A DNA stretch of 64,000 bases. Source: an uncultured Lentimicrobiaceae bacterium (GTDB taxonomy: Bacteria; Bacteroidota; Bacteroidia; Bacteroidales; F082). The stretch is taken from positions 100,155 through 164,154 of the forward strand of contig CAYXCZ010000002.1 of NCBI GenBank assembly GCA_964463695.1, written 5' to 3'. This document shows, one piece after another, positions 28,491 through 37,113 of the stretch. The notes under the pieces are model-generated. The model searched no databases. It worked only from the letters and a program-made list of their open reading frames with translations, and was not told the DNA's origin. The number at the start of each line of letters is the position of its first letter. Within the stretch, counting starts at the first letter, position 1. Made by a program: the position numbers and the translations under genes.

Positions 28491-28590
28491 GCCTATTATT
28501 AGAAGAAATTTACTCTTTTTAACCGGGTCGTTTTCACCCGATATCTTTTTTTCAATTGGTTTCCTGACTCTTTGTGTGGTTAAAAACTGT

Positions 28591-28598
28591 TACTTTTG
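28591..28598 (+). promoter_or_regulatory. -7 box (TActTTTG)
   Basis: tacttttg lies 32 nt upstream of the TTG start at 28630. Confidence 0.4.
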
Positions 28599-28629
28599 AT
28601 AACTGAAAAAACACATAAAAAGAGTTTCG

Positions 28630-28995
28630 TTGCGAGCGCTTGTTTTTATAGCAATGTTAGCCTTGTTGCTGCAATCAGCCGGACAAATGGTAATACTGAT
28701 TAATTTCAAGATCAATCAGGCTTATATTGCCAGTGTTTTATGTGAGAACAAGGATAAGCCTGAAATGAAATGTAATGGAAAGTGCCAGCTGAATAAAAAA
28801 TTAAAACAACAAGATACAAAAGAACAAAACCTGCCTCCGGAAATTAAATTGAAAGAACAACAATTGTTCTTTGAACAAACCAGTCGTGGAGGATTACTCA
28901 ACCTGTTAGAATCCTTTTCTTGTTTCACCAGTTATAAAACCCCTTCCATTCTGCATGGTTTTGGGGCATTGGTTTTTCGGCCTCCTAACAATTAA
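28630..28995 (+). CDS. Small membrane-anchored hypothetical protein with the motif C-x9-C-x3-C (CENKDKPEMKCNGKC)
   Basis: It has an N-terminal hydrophobic helix, the Cys/Met motif, and then a Lys/Gln-rich segment. It has its own promoter box and lies upstream of the copper-type receptor. The start could instead be the in-frame ATG at 28654. Confidence 0.5.
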   Translation: MRALVFIAMLALLLQSAGQMVILINFKINQAYIASVLCENKDKPEMKCNGKCQLNKKLKQQDTKEQNLPPEIKLKEQQLFFEQTSRGGLLNLLESFSCFTSYKTPSILHGFGALVFRPPNN

Positions 28996-29292
28996 ATGGT
29001 TCATTTTCTGATCATTGACACGTATTTGCTTCTCTGATTTCATAAGTTATGAGATCATTTCAATTTGTACCATAAAGGGTAAAATTGTTGTTTCATGCTA
29101 TTTCATGAGGTCAGCACCTTATATTGCTATGGTAACTACGAAAGTTAGCGTTTAAAAATGCTAATACACAGTCAATGTAAACTACCTGAATGTTAGTCTT
29201 TAATTTGAAAATGGTGTTGCCAATATCATGTTCAAATTCATGCAATTCAGGTAAGAAACTGTTTTTTAATTCATTAATCACTTTATTCAACT

Positions 29293-31560
29293 ATGATACA
29301 AATCAAATACTATGTGTTTTCAATCGTGCTTTTGTTGTTTTCCTTTAATGCTTTTAGTCAACAAGAGGTAAAGCGTTTTCAGCTTGTTAACCAAATTGAT
29401 AACCAACCCCTTAGCTTTACACATTTTAATTACGGAAAACAAAAAGGGCTTTCTGACGAGAAAGGTTTCGTTGAACTACGATTTGAAAAAGGGACAAAAC
29501 TTGAAATCTCACATGTGAGCACCGGCTATCAGATTTTTGATGAAGAAACCCTTCTGAAAGCTTCTGAAACCAAAAAACTGACAGTTCCCGGAGGTTCAGG
29601 ATATAATCTACAGCCTGTTACGGTTATTGCGCTAAGGCCTGCTGCGGTTGAGAAAGAAACCATGAATGTTGGTTTACAGGAGCAATTGGCTCACGATGCC
29701 GGAGCTTACTTGCAAATGAACCCAGTGATTTCAGGTATAAGAAAAAGCGGTTCATCAAGTGTTGATCCGGTTATGAGAGGTTTTAAATACGAGCAGCTGA
29801 CAATAGTCACTGATGGTGCTTGTGGTGCAACTGCTGCCTGCCCAAACCGTATGGATCCTCCATCAAGTCAGGTTTCTCTGAATATGATGGAAAAAGTTGA
29901 GATACTAAAAGGTCCACATGCTTTGCGTTATGGCAATTCTTTTGGAGGAACGATTCATTTTTTAAGTCCTGCTTCGCAATACAGCGACAAAATCAAACCT
30001 TTGGCACGTGTTTCGGCAGGTTATGAAAGCAATGGCTCTGTTTTTCGTACGGAGGCAATGGCTGGATTACGCGCTAAAAACATCCAATGGCAGCTTTTTG
30101 GAGCCCTATCACAAGGAAGCGATTACACCGATGGAAACGGTGATAAAGTTGCTGCAAATTTCTACCGCAATAGTCTCGGAACTACATTATCCGTTAAACT
30201 TGGACAGAAACAGGAAGTGAGACTTTCAGCACAGCATAATTATGCTAAAGATGTTGATTTCCCTTCGCTTCCAATGGATTTGCGCAGTGATGATGCCTGG
30301 CTTTTGAACGCGCGCCATTCGGTGACTTTTAAGGATAAACCATTGCAGAATATCACAACAATAGCCTATGCCACTTTTGTGGATCACTTTATGGATAACA
30401 GACTGAAAGAGCTGAATCCGAGAATGATGAATGCTGAAACTCCTGCAAAAACGAGCAATATAGGAGGGCGTTCGGAGGCACTTATTGTGTATGGAACAAC
30501 CAAAATGTACATTGGTGCTGATGGCAGATCAGAAGAAGCTGAAGGGTCACGTGAACGTGAATTTTTAATGGGCCCATTGGCAGGAAAAACCTTTTATGAT
30601 AATGCCTGGCAACACGGTCAAATCACCAAAATCAGTGTTTTTGCTGAATATCAAAAACGAATCAATGACTGGGCTATTGTTGCATCACTCAGAGCTGAAG
30701 CCAATCAATCGAAGGTGAAAGATCCAACTGAGGACTTTCTCGAAGTTTACCCTGATCCAAAAACACAACAGTTTAACCCTTCGGTCAGTGCCGGTATAAC
30801 CCATTATTGGAACAGCTACATTTCAACAGCACTTTGGCTTGGCCGCACTCAGCGAAGCGGAAGTTTGTCAGAGAGGTATATTAACTTTTTCCCAGTTGGT
30901 CTGGATGCCTACGAAATGCTTGGAAATCCGGATTTGAAACCTGAGGTTAATAACCAAGCTGACCTGAATTTTCAGTATCAACATGAAAAAACGGCGCTAA
31001 GTGTGAATTTTTTTGCCGCATATCTTCAGAATTTTATTTCAGGCCGGATTGATACAACCCTCACTCCCCGCATTAGCAGCTCTCCTGGCGTTCGTCATTA
31101 TGTCAATTTGGATCGTGCTTTAATGACAGGCTTTGAAGTCAACTTCAGTCAGAGTCTTCCTGCTCATCTTCAGGCTGATGTAAATATTGCTTATGTTTTT
31201 GGAAAAGACCTTTCAGACGATAAACCGTTGCCCGAAATACCTCCATTGGATATGCGAATTGCTTTGTCGGGAACCTACTTTAAGCATAAGTTGAAACCTG
31301 AGTTGAGTTTGAGATACGTTCTTGAGCAAGATCGCATTAATGAGTCGTTTGGAGAAAATTCCACACCCGAATTTGTATTGATCGATATTGCGATGGAATA
31401 TAAAATCAATAAAGCTTTCAGAGTAAAAGCAGGAGTTAAAAACCTCCTCGATGAAGCCTACTACGAACATCTATCAAGAGCAATAAATGGCAAACCTGAT
31501 CAACCACTTTATGCTCCAGGCCGTAATATCTTCCTAACCTTGAACTATTCGATTTTCTAA
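29293..31560 (+). CDS. TonB-dependent receptor, OprC/NosA-like copper receptor type
   Basis: It has a signal peptide, a plug and a barrel ending in the terminal F (LNYSIF). CxxxM (C183-P-N-R-M187, in ACPNRMDPP) and HxM (H365-F-M367) are 182 residues apart. This matches my recollection of the OprC C143/M147/H323/M325 copper site. Confidence 0.75.
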   Translation: MIQIKYYVFSIVLLLFSFNAFSQQEVKRFQLVNQIDNQPLSFTHFNYGKQKGLSDEKGFVELRFEKGTKLEISHVSTGYQIFDEETLLKASETKKLTVPGGSGYNLQPVTVIALRPAAVEKETMNVGLQEQLAHDAGAYLQMNPVISGIRKSGSSSVDPVMRGFKYEQLTIVTDGACGATAACPNRMDPPSSQVSLNMMEKVEILKGPHALRYGNSFGGTIHFLSPASQYSDKIKPLARVSAGYESNGSVFRTEAMAGLRAKNIQWQLFGALSQGSDYTDGNGDKVAANFYRNSLGTTLSVKLGQKQEVRLSAQHNYAKDVDFPSLPMDLRSDDAWLLNARHSVTFKDKPLQNITTIAYATFVDHFMDNRLKELNPRMMNAETPAKTSNIGGRSEALIVYGTTKMYIGADGRSEEAEGSREREFLMGPLAGKTFYDNAWQHGQITKISVFAEYQKRINDWAIVASLRAEANQSKVKDPTEDFLEVYPDPKTQQFNPSVSAGITHYWNSYISTALWLGRTQRSGSLSERYINFFPVGLDAYEMLGNPDLKPEVNNQADLNFQYQHEKTALSVNFFAAYLQNFISGRIDTTLTPRISSSPGVRHYVNLDRALMTGFEVNFSQSLPAHLQADVNIAYVFGKDLSDDKPLPEIPPLDMRIALSGTYFKHKLKPELSLRYVLEQDRINESFGENSTPEFVLIDIAMEYKINKAFRVKAGVKNLLDEAYYEHLSRAINGKPDQPLYAPGRNIFLTLNYSIF

Positions 31561-31593
31561 TTGAAATCTCTTTAGAAGAGTTTCATTTCTTAG

Positions 31594-31628
31594 ATGGCTG
31601 CCGGAAAGCATTTCCGGCAGCCATTTTT
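31594..31628 (+). terminator. Rho-independent terminator after the copper-type receptor
   Basis: A perfect 14-bp stem (atggctgccggaaa / tttccggcagccat) has a 3-nt loop and is followed by tttt. Confidence 0.8.
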
Positions 31629-31703
31629 CCTTGTAGGCCTATGTTTTTAAGCTCTTTAACAATCCTTAGGAAGTGGAGTAATCTTCAGCAGCCATTTTTG
31701 TCG

Positions 31704-31711
31704 TATCTTTG
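31704..31711 (+). promoter_or_regulatory. Possible -7 box (TAtcTTTG)
   Basis: tatctttg lies 117 nt upstream of the ATG at 31828. This implies a long leader, so my confidence is lower. Confidence 0.3.
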
Positions 31712-31827
31712 CAAGATGGTAGGCTTATCTAAAAAAATCTTTGACAAATTTAATCCAAATGTTTTTTGTAAAGATTTCATTTATATTGACTTACAATTCT
31801 TAATTACTTGAAGCATAACGCATATTT

Positions 31828-34278
31828 ATGATAAAAAATCACGGCTCTAAAGTAGCCATACAGTCGGGCGACAAAACCATCACCTACCAGGGACTTATTG
31901 CAAGTATTCATTACTTTGCAGGTTTATACACAGTTTCAGAAGCTGCCCGTGTCGTTGTTTTTTCTGAAAACAGGGTTGGGTATATCGCTGCGTTCTACTC
32001 TGCCTGGCAGCAAAAAGCTATAGGTGTTCCGGTTGATTTTATGGCAACCGTTTCCGAAGTAGCTTATATCATCAATGATTGCCAGCCTGAAGTGGTTTTC
32101 TGTTCCAAAGACAAGCTTGAAACTATGCTCAAAGCGTTGGAACAAGCTGGAAGTATGGCCCGGTTAATAGTTATCGATGAGCATGAAGATGCTGTTGCCA
32201 CAGTTCCTGAAATTGCTTTCCGTCAGGTTGAGAAGGATGCTACAGCAGTACTAATATATACTTCAGGAACAACAGGAAGCCCGAAAGGCGTGATGCTCAG
32301 TTTTGCAAACCTGATTCAGAATATTGATGCAGTATCACAACATATACCTATTTATAACCAGGATTCACGCGTTTTGATTCTTCTCCCGCTGCATCATATC
32401 TTCCCGCTTATGGGTACGATGATCATCCCGCTTTATGTGGGAGCTTCAGTGGCTATAAGTCCTTCTATGGCTTCGGAAGATATTATGGGCACACTTCAAA
32501 AAAACCGCATCACTATTATCATTGGCGTTCCCCGCTTGTTTGCGGCTATCCGCAAAGGGGTAATGGATAAGATAAATAAGAGTGCTGTAGCGCGGCTTTT
32601 GTTTGGTTTAGCCGAAAAGTTACAATCTCCGGCTTTTTCAAAGAAAGTATTTGGTGCGGTGCACAAAAAGTTGGGCGGTGCAGTTGAGAGTCTTGTTTCA
32701 GGCGGTGCTGCTTTAGATCCTGCAGTTGGTAAAGATTTCCAAACACTTGGTTTTGAAGTTCTTGAAGGCTATGGAATGACCGAAGCAGCTCCTATGATTA
32801 CGTTCACCAGACCAAAAAGGGTACGCATCGGTTCACCCGGAGAAGCTATGCCAGGAACAGATATACGTATTGTTGACGGAGAAATTACAGCTGCTGGCGG
32901 TAATATCATGAAAGGTTATTATAACCGGCCCGAAGAAACAGCAGCGGTTCTCAAAGAAGGTTGGCTATACACAGGTGATCTTGGTCATCTTGACAACGAC
33001 GGTTATCTTTATATAACAGGACGAAAGAAAGAAATAATTGTGCTTTCAAATGGCAAGAATGTAAATCCTGTTGAGCTCGAGGAAGAACTTCTTAAGTCGC
33101 AGCTTGTGACCGATTTAGGTGTATTTTTTGCCAACGATCAGCTTCAGGTGATGATTATACCCAATCGTGAAGCACTGAATGAAATTAGCAACGGAGACGA
33201 TGAGGCAACCATAAAAAAACAGCTTATTGAGCCTTTCAATAAAAGCGTTTCTTCCTACAAAAAAATTATGCGATTCTATCTTACTGATAAAGAGTTGCCA
33301 CGCACGCGTTTGGGAAAACTTCAACGATTTAAGCTGGCAGGCCTCATTGAGCAGCAGGAAGAAGCTGATTCAGATATCACAACTACATCCGACCCTGTTT
33401 TTGTAATGGTTTCTTCATTTCTCGAAAAGGAAAAAGGGAGAAAAGTTCGCTCAACTCATCATCTTGAAATGGATTTAGGACTCGATTCTCTTGATAAAGT
33501 GAGCTTACAGGCATTTCTTCAACAAACATTTGGGGTTTCACCTGAGCCACACACAATGGCCGATTTTGCTAATGTAGCTGAATTATCCAAATGGATTAGC
33601 GAACATAAGACACGCATGGAAGAAACACAAATCAACTGGAAAGATATTTTGCAGGAGAAAGTTTCGCTTAAATTGCCCGCATCCTGGATCACTGGAAATA
33701 TTGCACTGTGGGCTTCACGGGTGTTTTTTAAGCTTTATTTCCGTTTCCGCTCCACGGGAATGGAAAAAATTCCGGATGGGCCATGTATTTTGGCTCCCAA
33801 TCATCAAAGCTTTTTTGATGGTCTTTTTGTTGCATCTTACCTGCGTTTCGATCAGGCTAAGAAGACCTATTTCTATGCTAAGGAAAAACATATCCGGCAG
33901 GAATGGCTCAAGTTTCTGGCTAACAGAAACAATATCATCATCATGGACCTGAATCATAACCTCAAAGAATCTATCCAGAAAATGGGAGAGGTGTTGAAAA
34001 GCAATAAAAAGATCATCATTTTCCCTGAAGGAACACGTACCTTTAATGGAAATCTGGGTGACTTTAAAAAAACTTTCGCAATCCTTAGTCGTGAGCTTAA
34101 TGTTCCAATTGTACCTGTTTCAATCAAAGGTGCTTTTGATGCTTTGCCTCGCGGCAGTTTCTTCCCCAAACCATGGAAAAAAGTGAGCGTTGAGTTCCTT
34201 GACCCTGTGTATCCAGGACAACACACTTACGAAACCCTTTCGCAACTAGTTAAGTCGAAGATACAACTTACAATGTAA
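31828..34278 (+). CDS. Tri-domain protein: AMP-forming acyl ligase, phosphopantetheine carrier domain, and PlsC-type lysophospholipid acyltransferase
   Basis: The adenylation core motifs are YTSGTTGSPKGV and YTGDLG...GRKKEIIV. The carrier-domain serine motif is DLGLDSLDKV. The acyltransferase motifs are NHQSFFDG (HX4D) and FPEGTR. Confidence 0.85.
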   Translation: MIKNHGSKVAIQSGDKTITYQGLIASIHYFAGLYTVSEAARVVVFSENRVGYIAAFYSAWQQKAIGVPVDFMATVSEVAYIINDCQPEVVFCSKDKLETMLKALEQAGSMARLIVIDEHEDAVATVPEIAFRQVEKDATAVLIYTSGTTGSPKGVMLSFANLIQNIDAVSQHIPIYNQDSRVLILLPLHHIFPLMGTMIIPLYVGASVAISPSMASEDIMGTLQKNRITIIIGVPRLFAAIRKGVMDKINKSAVARLLFGLAEKLQSPAFSKKVFGAVHKKLGGAVESLVSGGAALDPAVGKDFQTLGFEVLEGYGMTEAAPMITFTRPKRVRIGSPGEAMPGTDIRIVDGEITAAGGNIMKGYYNRPEETAAVLKEGWLYTGDLGHLDNDGYLYITGRKKEIIVLSNGKNVNPVELEEELLKSQLVTDLGVFFANDQLQVMIIPNREALNEISNGDDEATIKKQLIEPFNKSVSSYKKIMRFYLTDKELPRTRLGKLQRFKLAGLIEQQEEADSDITTTSDPVFVMVSSFLEKEKGRKVRSTHHLEMDLGLDSLDKVSLQAFLQQTFGVSPEPHTMADFANVAELSKWISEHKTRMEETQINWKDILQEKVSLKLPASWITGNIALWASRVFFKLYFRFRSTGMEKIPDGPCILAPNHQSFFDGLFVASYLRFDQAKKTYFYAKEKHIRQEWLKFLANRNNIIIMDLNHNLKESIQKMGEVLKSNKKIIIFPEGTRTFNGNLGDFKKTFAILSRELNVPIVPVSIKGAFDALPRGSFFPKPWKKVSVEFLDPVYPGQHTYETLSQLVKSKIQLTM

Positions 34279-34305
34279 CAACTTGTAAAACAATATTATA
34301 AGTAG

Positions 34306-34331
34306 AACCGGCAGTAAATTCCGGTTTTTTT
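34306..34331 (+). terminator. Weak rho-independent terminator
   Basis: A short stem (aaccgg / ccggtt) is followed by ttttttt. Confidence 0.45.
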
Positions 34332-34349
34332 ATCTTGATTTTTTTAAAA

Positions 34350-34988
34350 ATGATTGAAACTATTGCATCAATAAGTCTGCTCGCATGGATTGGCTATCTT
34401 GCCTCCATCATCATTGCTTTTTCGATGACCATGAGCTCAATAGTCAAGTTCAGGATTATCAATTTGGTTGGCGCTTCGCTTTTTTCGCTGTATGGCTTTG
34501 TCATCGGAGCTTATCCAGTGGGAATTTTGAACGCTTTTATCGTTTCTATCGACATTTATTACCTCCTCAAAATCTTTGGGCGTAAGGAATCATTTGAAGT
34601 GCTCGAAGTTAGGGCTGATAATCGATATATGCTTAAGTTCCTGGCATATCACCATAAAGACATACAGTTGTTTTTCCCAGGTTTTGAATACAACCCAAAT
34701 GAAACCAACATCAGTTTTTTTGTGTTGCGAAATATGGCTGTCGCAGGATTATTTCTAGGAAAAAAAGATGCTGAAGGTACTCTGACCGTAACCCTTGATT
34801 ATGTGATTCCGGCTTACCGTGATTTTAAAAACGGGAAATTTGTCTATTATCACTTAAACAATAAGTTTCAGGATCAAGGTATTAAGAAAATGGTCACACA
34901 TTTTAACAGTAAACCTCATCTTGATTATCTGCTTAAAAACGGGTTTACCAAAAATGCAAACGGCCAGCTGGAAAAGATCGTTACTTAA
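34350..34988 (+). CDS. Hypothetical protein with an N-terminal three-helix membrane module (YgjV-like) fused to a soluble C-terminal domain
   Basis: It has three hydrophobic helices in the first ~75 aa, then ~135 aa of mixed alpha/beta character that may be GNAT-like. I set the start at the ATG (MIETIAS); the ORF-track start is a TTG. Confidence 0.5.
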   Translation: MIETIASISLLAWIGYLASIIIAFSMTMSSIVKFRIINLVGASLFSLYGFVIGAYPVGILNAFIVSIDIYYLLKIFGRKESFEVLEVRADNRYMLKFLAYHHKDIQLFFPGFEYNPNETNISFFVLRNMAVAGLFLGKKDAEGTLTVTLDYVIPAYRDFKNGKFVYYHLNNKFQDQGIKKMVTHFNSKPHLDYLLKNGFTKNANGQLEKIVT

Positions 34989-35002
34989 AACCAACTGCAA
35001 AT

Positions 35003-35023
35003 CAACACTTTCTGGAAGTGTTG
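35003..35023. terminator. Hairpin shared by the convergent genes ending at 34988 and 35024
   Basis: A perfect 8-bp inverted repeat (caacactt / aagtgttg) has a 5-nt loop and abuts the stop codon at 35024. It has no strong T-tract. Confidence 0.4.
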
Positions 35024-35641
35024 TTACTTAATCAGGCTCAATCCTTCGAGTGCGCTGCTGTCGTTGGGTTTGATCAGAAGAGTTTTTTGAAACATAATTT
35101 TTGCTTCACGTAATTTTCCAGATTTGAGTTGCGACCAGGCTACCATCACAGCTGTGTCATAATCAAACGGATAAAGATTCAGCACTTTGTTGAAATATTT
35201 AAGTGCAGTAACATAATCCTCCCGACCATAAGCTATGAGACCCATACGGTAATTAGCAGTTGTGTTCATCGGGTCGATTTTCAGTATTTCAACATACTGT
35301 TTTTCAACCTGAATCCAGTTACCAAGAGCTGCAGCCGGATTTACAAAACCAAGCCGTGCTTCAATCGACATTGGCATCATTTCGATGCATTTGAGGTAAT
35401 ATGGCAGCGCATCGGTGAACCGGCCAGAAACATAATTCAACCATCCTAAACGGATATTAATCTCATAACTATCTGCTTTATACACAGATGTAATATGTTG
35501 AATTGCTGTTGCATATTCACCTTTACCTTCAGCATCATATGAAGCCTGAAACGCTTTTTGTTGCTTGTCAACATCCTGAGCCGATGCATACAGCGTCAGG
35601 AAAGTGAAACAAGTCAAAAGTAATTTTCTTAAAAGATCCAT
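35024..35641 (-). CDS. Secreted tetratricopeptide-repeat protein (last gene of the candidate operon)
   Basis: It has a signal peptide (LTLYASAQ) followed by several TPR-like A/Y/L-periodic helices. Its start overlaps the upstream gene by 13 nt. Confidence 0.7.
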   Translation of the reverse strand: MDLLRKLLLTCFTFLTLYASAQDVDKQQKAFQASYDAEGKGEYATAIQHITSVYKADSYEINIRLGWLNYVSGRFTDALPYYLKCIEMMPMSIEARLGFVNPAAALGNWIQVEKQYVEILKIDPMNTTANYRMGLIAYGREDYVTALKYFNKVLNLYPFDYDTAVMVAWSQLKSGKLREAKIMFQKTLLIKPNDSSALEGLSLIK

Positions 35642-37113
35642 TTTATTCCTCCAATTAATGTATTTGATTTCGTTGTGTAATAGTTTGTTTTCAGTTCACT
35701 GCCTTCAAAAAGATAATCGTAGCGCCTTTGATATTCATGCAAGCGATACCTTAACTGCAACTGTAAATGCTTGGTAACCATATAAGAAGCCGATGCTTCA
35801 AACCGTGAACTAACGGTCTCGGGATTGTTGTATACGATATAACTGTATTGTTCGCTTAAGTTGTTGAGATGGCCAAAAAGATAATCAAGTTCAAGCGATG
35901 ACCTTTTTCCAGGCCTCCACCCGAGCAAGAAACGGTAAGCGCTTGAACTTCTACTGTCCATATTGAGGTACAGAAACTCTCCCTGATGGACCAGTTTGAG
36001 GTTGCCCAAAGGATTGATCTGATAACCTGCGTTGATTTGAAATGCACTGCTGTCGTTGACACTGGCTTTGGTAAGACCACCGGTTGCTGTAAATATTCCA
36101 ACATGATATTTCCCATGTAACGACATGCTGTAGTCGTTTGTTTCCCAAGCAACTGTGCTAAAAGTAGTTTTGCTTAACTCAGTCTCAAACAATTCAAGTG
36201 ATCCGGTAGATGAGTCGTAAAAAGCAGTATCAGTTATCGTTTCAAGTTTTTGATCGGGGATTGTAAAGTCGCGTTTTGCCTGAAATAATTGTAAAGAAGA
36301 AACTAAACTCCACCTGTCTGATCCTGCCCACTGAAGCTGAAAATAAAGAGCCTTTTGTGTTAATTGGTGATCAAAATCTACAAGTCGTTCGTCGTTTGTT
36401 ATTTTGTAGTAATAGGCATCACCGGCAGAGCTTGTAACAACTGAATCGAGCAAAAGGTTATTTTCAAGGTAAGCAAAACGGTCGGTTGCAACAATTGAAA
36501 TATATTGTGCACCAACATACATCAGCCATTGAGGATTGGTTTGAAAATACAAACCGGCATCATAAAATTGATTGTTATGATAAAAATGCTCCTGACCAAA
36601 TATCCCCTCACTACCTGCTAATTCCACGAAATCAAGCCCATTCTCTGATCCCCGGTTTACCGTTCCGATATCAAGATGTGCCGAAACAGGTCGAAATCCT
36701 GATTTCATGCCCGATTGTTGCTGATATTCTTTAGTCATTTTCTGAAACAAGCTCCCTGCCTCTACATTTTTCATCTGATAATTCAATGACTTGGAAAGTA
36801 AAAGTATTGCCGGGGCATCTGCAGTTTTAAAATTCAACGCTTGCCGGAAATGCGTTTCGGCTTTTGCTGTTTTCTGAAGTTCCAGACAAGCAATTCCCAT
36901 ACGCATCCTCAGATAATAATAATCAAGACCCTGTTTCCGCATCCAGTTCCCTGTATCGATTAGTGTTTTCCAGTTTTTTTGCTGGTAATATTGATAGGTG
37001 ATGCTGTCGTAATAGGCCTCATTAACAATGGACTGCGCATTTGCCGGACGCTGCACAAAACCCAGGAATAAAACTATCCCAACAAAATAATATGTTAATT
37101 TATACACGTACAA
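35629..37113 (-). CDS. Outer-membrane protein: N-terminal TPR region plus a predicted C-terminal beta-barrel
   Basis: It has a signal peptide (...RPANAQ) and a TPR-like ~130 aa region. About 340 aa of alternating beta-strand pattern follow, ending in the aromatic terminus GGIKWIF typical of OMPs. The start is non-ATG (TTG or GTG) and overlaps the upstream stop. Confidence 0.6.
   Translation of the reverse strand: MYVYKLTYYFVGIVLFLGFVQRPANAQSIVNEAYYDSITYQYYQQKNWKTLIDTGNWMRKQGLDYYYLRMRMGIACLELQKTAKAETHFRQALNFKTADAPAILLLSKSLNYQMKNVEAGSLFQKMTKEYQQQSGMKSGFRPVSAHLDIGTVNRGSENGLDFVELAGSEGIFGQEHFYHNNQFYDAGLYFQTNPQWLMYVGAQYISIVATDRFAYLENNLLLDSVVTSSAGDAYYYKITNDERLVDFDHQLTQKALYFQLQWAGSDRWSLVSSLQLFQAKRDFTIPDQKLETITDTAFYDSSTGSLELFETELSKTTFSTVAWETNDYSMSLHGKYHVGIFTATGGLTKASVNDSSAFQINAGYQINPLGNLKLVHQGEFLYLNMDSRSSSAYRFLLGWRPGKRSSLELDYLFGHLNNLSEQYSYIVYNNPETVSSRFEASASYMVTKHLQLQLRYRLHEYQRRYDYLFEGSELKTNYYTTKSNTLIGGIKWIF

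Noticed and set aside
28996-29292. 297-bp leader upstream of the TonB-dependent receptor, examined for a riboswitch (cobalamin or TPP)
   Set aside because: I could not find a B12-box-like GCCACTG, a TPP CTGAGA/ACCTGATCTGGATAATGCCAGCG-type core, or a convincing multi-stem architecture. The receptor's metal-site motifs point to copper instead, and no riboswitch class is expected for copper.
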